NCBI GenBank assembly: GCA_903858275.1 | Contig: CAIOIC010000080.1 | Span: 33,063 to 97,062, forward strand | DNA from: an uncultured Verrucomicrobia subdivision 3 bacterium | GTDB taxonomy: Bacteria > Verrucomicrobiota > Verrucomicrobiia > Limisphaerales > UBA11358 | Direction: 5' to 3' | Length of the DNA: 64,000 nt | Made by a program: the position numbers and the translations under genes | Notes under the pieces: generated by a model | Told to the model about the DNA's origin: nothing | Database searches by the model: none | Seen by the model: only the letters and a program-made list of their open reading frames with translations | Shown here: positions 62,826-64,000 of the stretch, in pieces | Position numbering within the stretch: position 1 is the first letter of the stretch | Layout: each line of letters begins with the position of its first letter

Positions 62826-64000
62826 ATGAAAAAAATCTCTGCCAATCTATCCCGCCGCTCCTTTCTGCAACGCACGGCCGTGGCCACGGCTTCGGCATTT
62901 GCCATGCCCATGATTTTGCCATCGTCCGTGCTGGGTCGCGAAGGCGCGGTTGCGCCCAACAGCCGCATCAACATCGCCATGATCGGCACTGGGCGGCAGG
63001 TATTTTACGCCAATCTGCCGTGGTTTCTGTGGTCGAAAGATTGTCAGGTGGTCGCCCTCTGCGATGTTGATTCGTGGCGAATGGAAGAGGCGCGGAAACG
63101 CGTCGAGGAAAATTATGCGAACGACAAGACCAGCGGCGTTTACCAAGGCTGTGCCATGTATCGCGACTTCCGCGAGGTGCTTGACCGGAAGGATGTGGAT
63201 GCGGTGATGATCACCACGCCGGACCATTGGCATGCCAGCATGGCGGTGGCGGCGGCCAAGGCGGGCAAAGATATTGCACTGGAAAAACCAGTTTCGCTGA
63301 CCGTTGCCCAGGGCCGCGCCATCACCGAGGCGGTGAAAAAATCCGGGCGCATTCTTCGCACCGATACCGAGGTGCGTTTTGACAAGCGCTTTCATCGCCT
63401 CTGCGAGGTGGTGCGCAATGGCCGGATTGGCAAAGTCAAACGCGTGTTCGCGGGCGTGCCGAAGAATCCGCCGCCGTTGGAAAAATATCCCGCGCCGTTG
63501 CCGGTGCCGCCGGAGCTGGATTACGAACTGTGGCAAGGGCCTGCGCCGGAGCGGCCTTACACCGAACAGCGTGTGCATTATCGTCACACCGGCTTGGACT
63601 ACACCAAGGGAACCGGGCCGGGCTGGTTCAATATCAGCGACTATTCTCAAGGCAATATGCTGAACTGGTGCGGTCACATCATTGACATCGTGCAATGGGC
63701 GTTGGACACCGAACGCACCGGGCCGGTCGAGGTGGAGGGGCACGCGGAATTTCCGCAGGACAATCTTTGGGATTTGCCGCAGCAGCAAAAAGTCCGCTAT
63801 CGCTATGCCAGCGGCATCGAATTGTTCTATGCGGAAGACCGGCCGTTCGTCCGCGTCGAGGGCGACGACGGCTGGATTGAAAACACCTGGTTCAAAGACG
63901 ACGGTTTCAAGGCGAGTTCGTCGGAACTGCTGAAATGGAATGCCGGTCCGAATGAAATCCAATTGCCGCGCCTGAGCGAGAAGGATGATTTCATCAACTG
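62826..64000 (+). CDS. Tat-signal Gfo/Idh/MocA family oxidoreductase (3' end outside window)
   Basis: This gene is not in the ORF track because it has no stop in the window. My translation from the ATG at 62826 is MKKISANLSRRSFLQRTAVATASAFAMP...INIAMIGTGRQ...DAVMITTPDHWHA...ALEKPVSLT..., and it stays open to nt 64000 (...QLPRLSEKDDFIN). The 371-aa minus ORF at 62847..63962 is its antisense shadow. Confidence 0.8.
   Translation, partial: MKKISANLSRRSFLQRTAVATASAFAMPMILPSSVLGREGAVAPNSRINIAMIGTGRQVFYANLPWFLWSKDCQVVALCDVDSWRMEEARKRVEENYANDKTSGVYQGCAMYRDFREVLDRKDVDAVMITTPDHWHASMAVAAAKAGKDIALEKPVSLTVAQGRAITEAVKKSGRILRTDTEVRFDKRFHRLCEVVRNGRIGKVKRVFAGVPKNPPPLEKYPAPLPVPPELDYELWQGPAPERPYTEQRVHYRHTGLDYTKGTGPGWFNISDYSQGNMLNWCGHIIDIVQWALDTERTGPVEVEGHAEFPQDNLWDLPQQQKVRYRYASGIELFYAEDRPFVRVEGDDGWIENTWFKDDGFKASSSELLKWNAGPNEIQLPRLSEKDDFIN

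Noticed and set aside
62847-63962. A 371-aa minus-strand ORF listed in the ORF track.
   Set aside because: The plus strand carries a convincing Tat-signal Gfo/Idh/MocA oxidoreductase that runs off the window end and is therefore absent from the track. The minus ORF is its antisense shadow.
1-64000. Whole-window scan for CRISPR arrays, IS elements and transposases, toxin-antitoxin or known defence-system genes, and rRNA.
   Set aside because: I found no regularly spaced direct repeats, no transposase- or integrase-like translations and no rRNA-like sequence. Every gap longer than 100 nt is accounted for as a promoter or leader region.

Overview
This is a 64-kb stretch of a GC-rich bacterial chromosome. 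I support about 50 protein genes, one tRNA and one gene relic. I saw no rRNA, CRISPR array, transposase, integrase or phage genes. The gene content (Tat- and Sec-signal CAZymes, several AraC modules, a Kdo transferase, GT-C-type membrane glycosyltransferases, a fragmented ribosomal-protein operon) suggests a PVC/Verrucomicrobiota-like glycan degrader, but the taxon is only an inference.

Layout:
- 1-2227: galM fragment, TIM-barrel isomerase, AraC.
- 2406-20873: a tightly packed 13-gene plus-strand array. It starts with secreted glycanases (GH2, GH10+CBM, an FGE-domain fusion, a cellulase-like protein, a beta-helix+CBM6 protein). It ends with a sugar porter, a cytochrome P450, an MtaA-type methyltransferase, a Gfo/Idh/MocA oxidoreductase, a TIM-barrel isomerase, DUF1638, a RACo-type corrinoid activase and AraC.
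- 20870-29190, minus strand: two GH29 fucosidases, an SSS transporter, a lipoprotein-type RhaM-like mutarotase, a membrane di-iron oxygenase, a long URO-D methyltransferase, and a relic of a homocysteine methyltransferase.
- 29266-36603: AraC, a stand-alone homocysteine S-methyltransferase, purU, then a corrinoid protein, an MtaA-type protein, an MtaB-like protein and a long URO-D protein.
- 36667-53721: housekeeping genes (tRNA-CAU, rpoD, waaA, a permease, two GT-C-like proteins, mfd, fusA, rpsJ-rplCDW).
- 53879-64000: a glucuronoxylan side-chain and hexuronate locus (uxuA, RraA-like, ExuT-like, SDR, clan GH-A hydrolase, GH115-like, uxaC, Tat Gfo/Idh/MocA).

The main lead is a complete corrinoid-dependent (Mta-like) methyl-transfer system with its reductive activase. 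It is interleaved with two oxygen-dependent candidate ether-cleaving enzymes and with glycan depolymerases. This suggests handling of methanol or of methylated sugars such as 4-O-methylglucuronate or O-methyl-fucose. That function is a hypothesis. All family assignments come from reading the translations and from motif memory, not from database searches.
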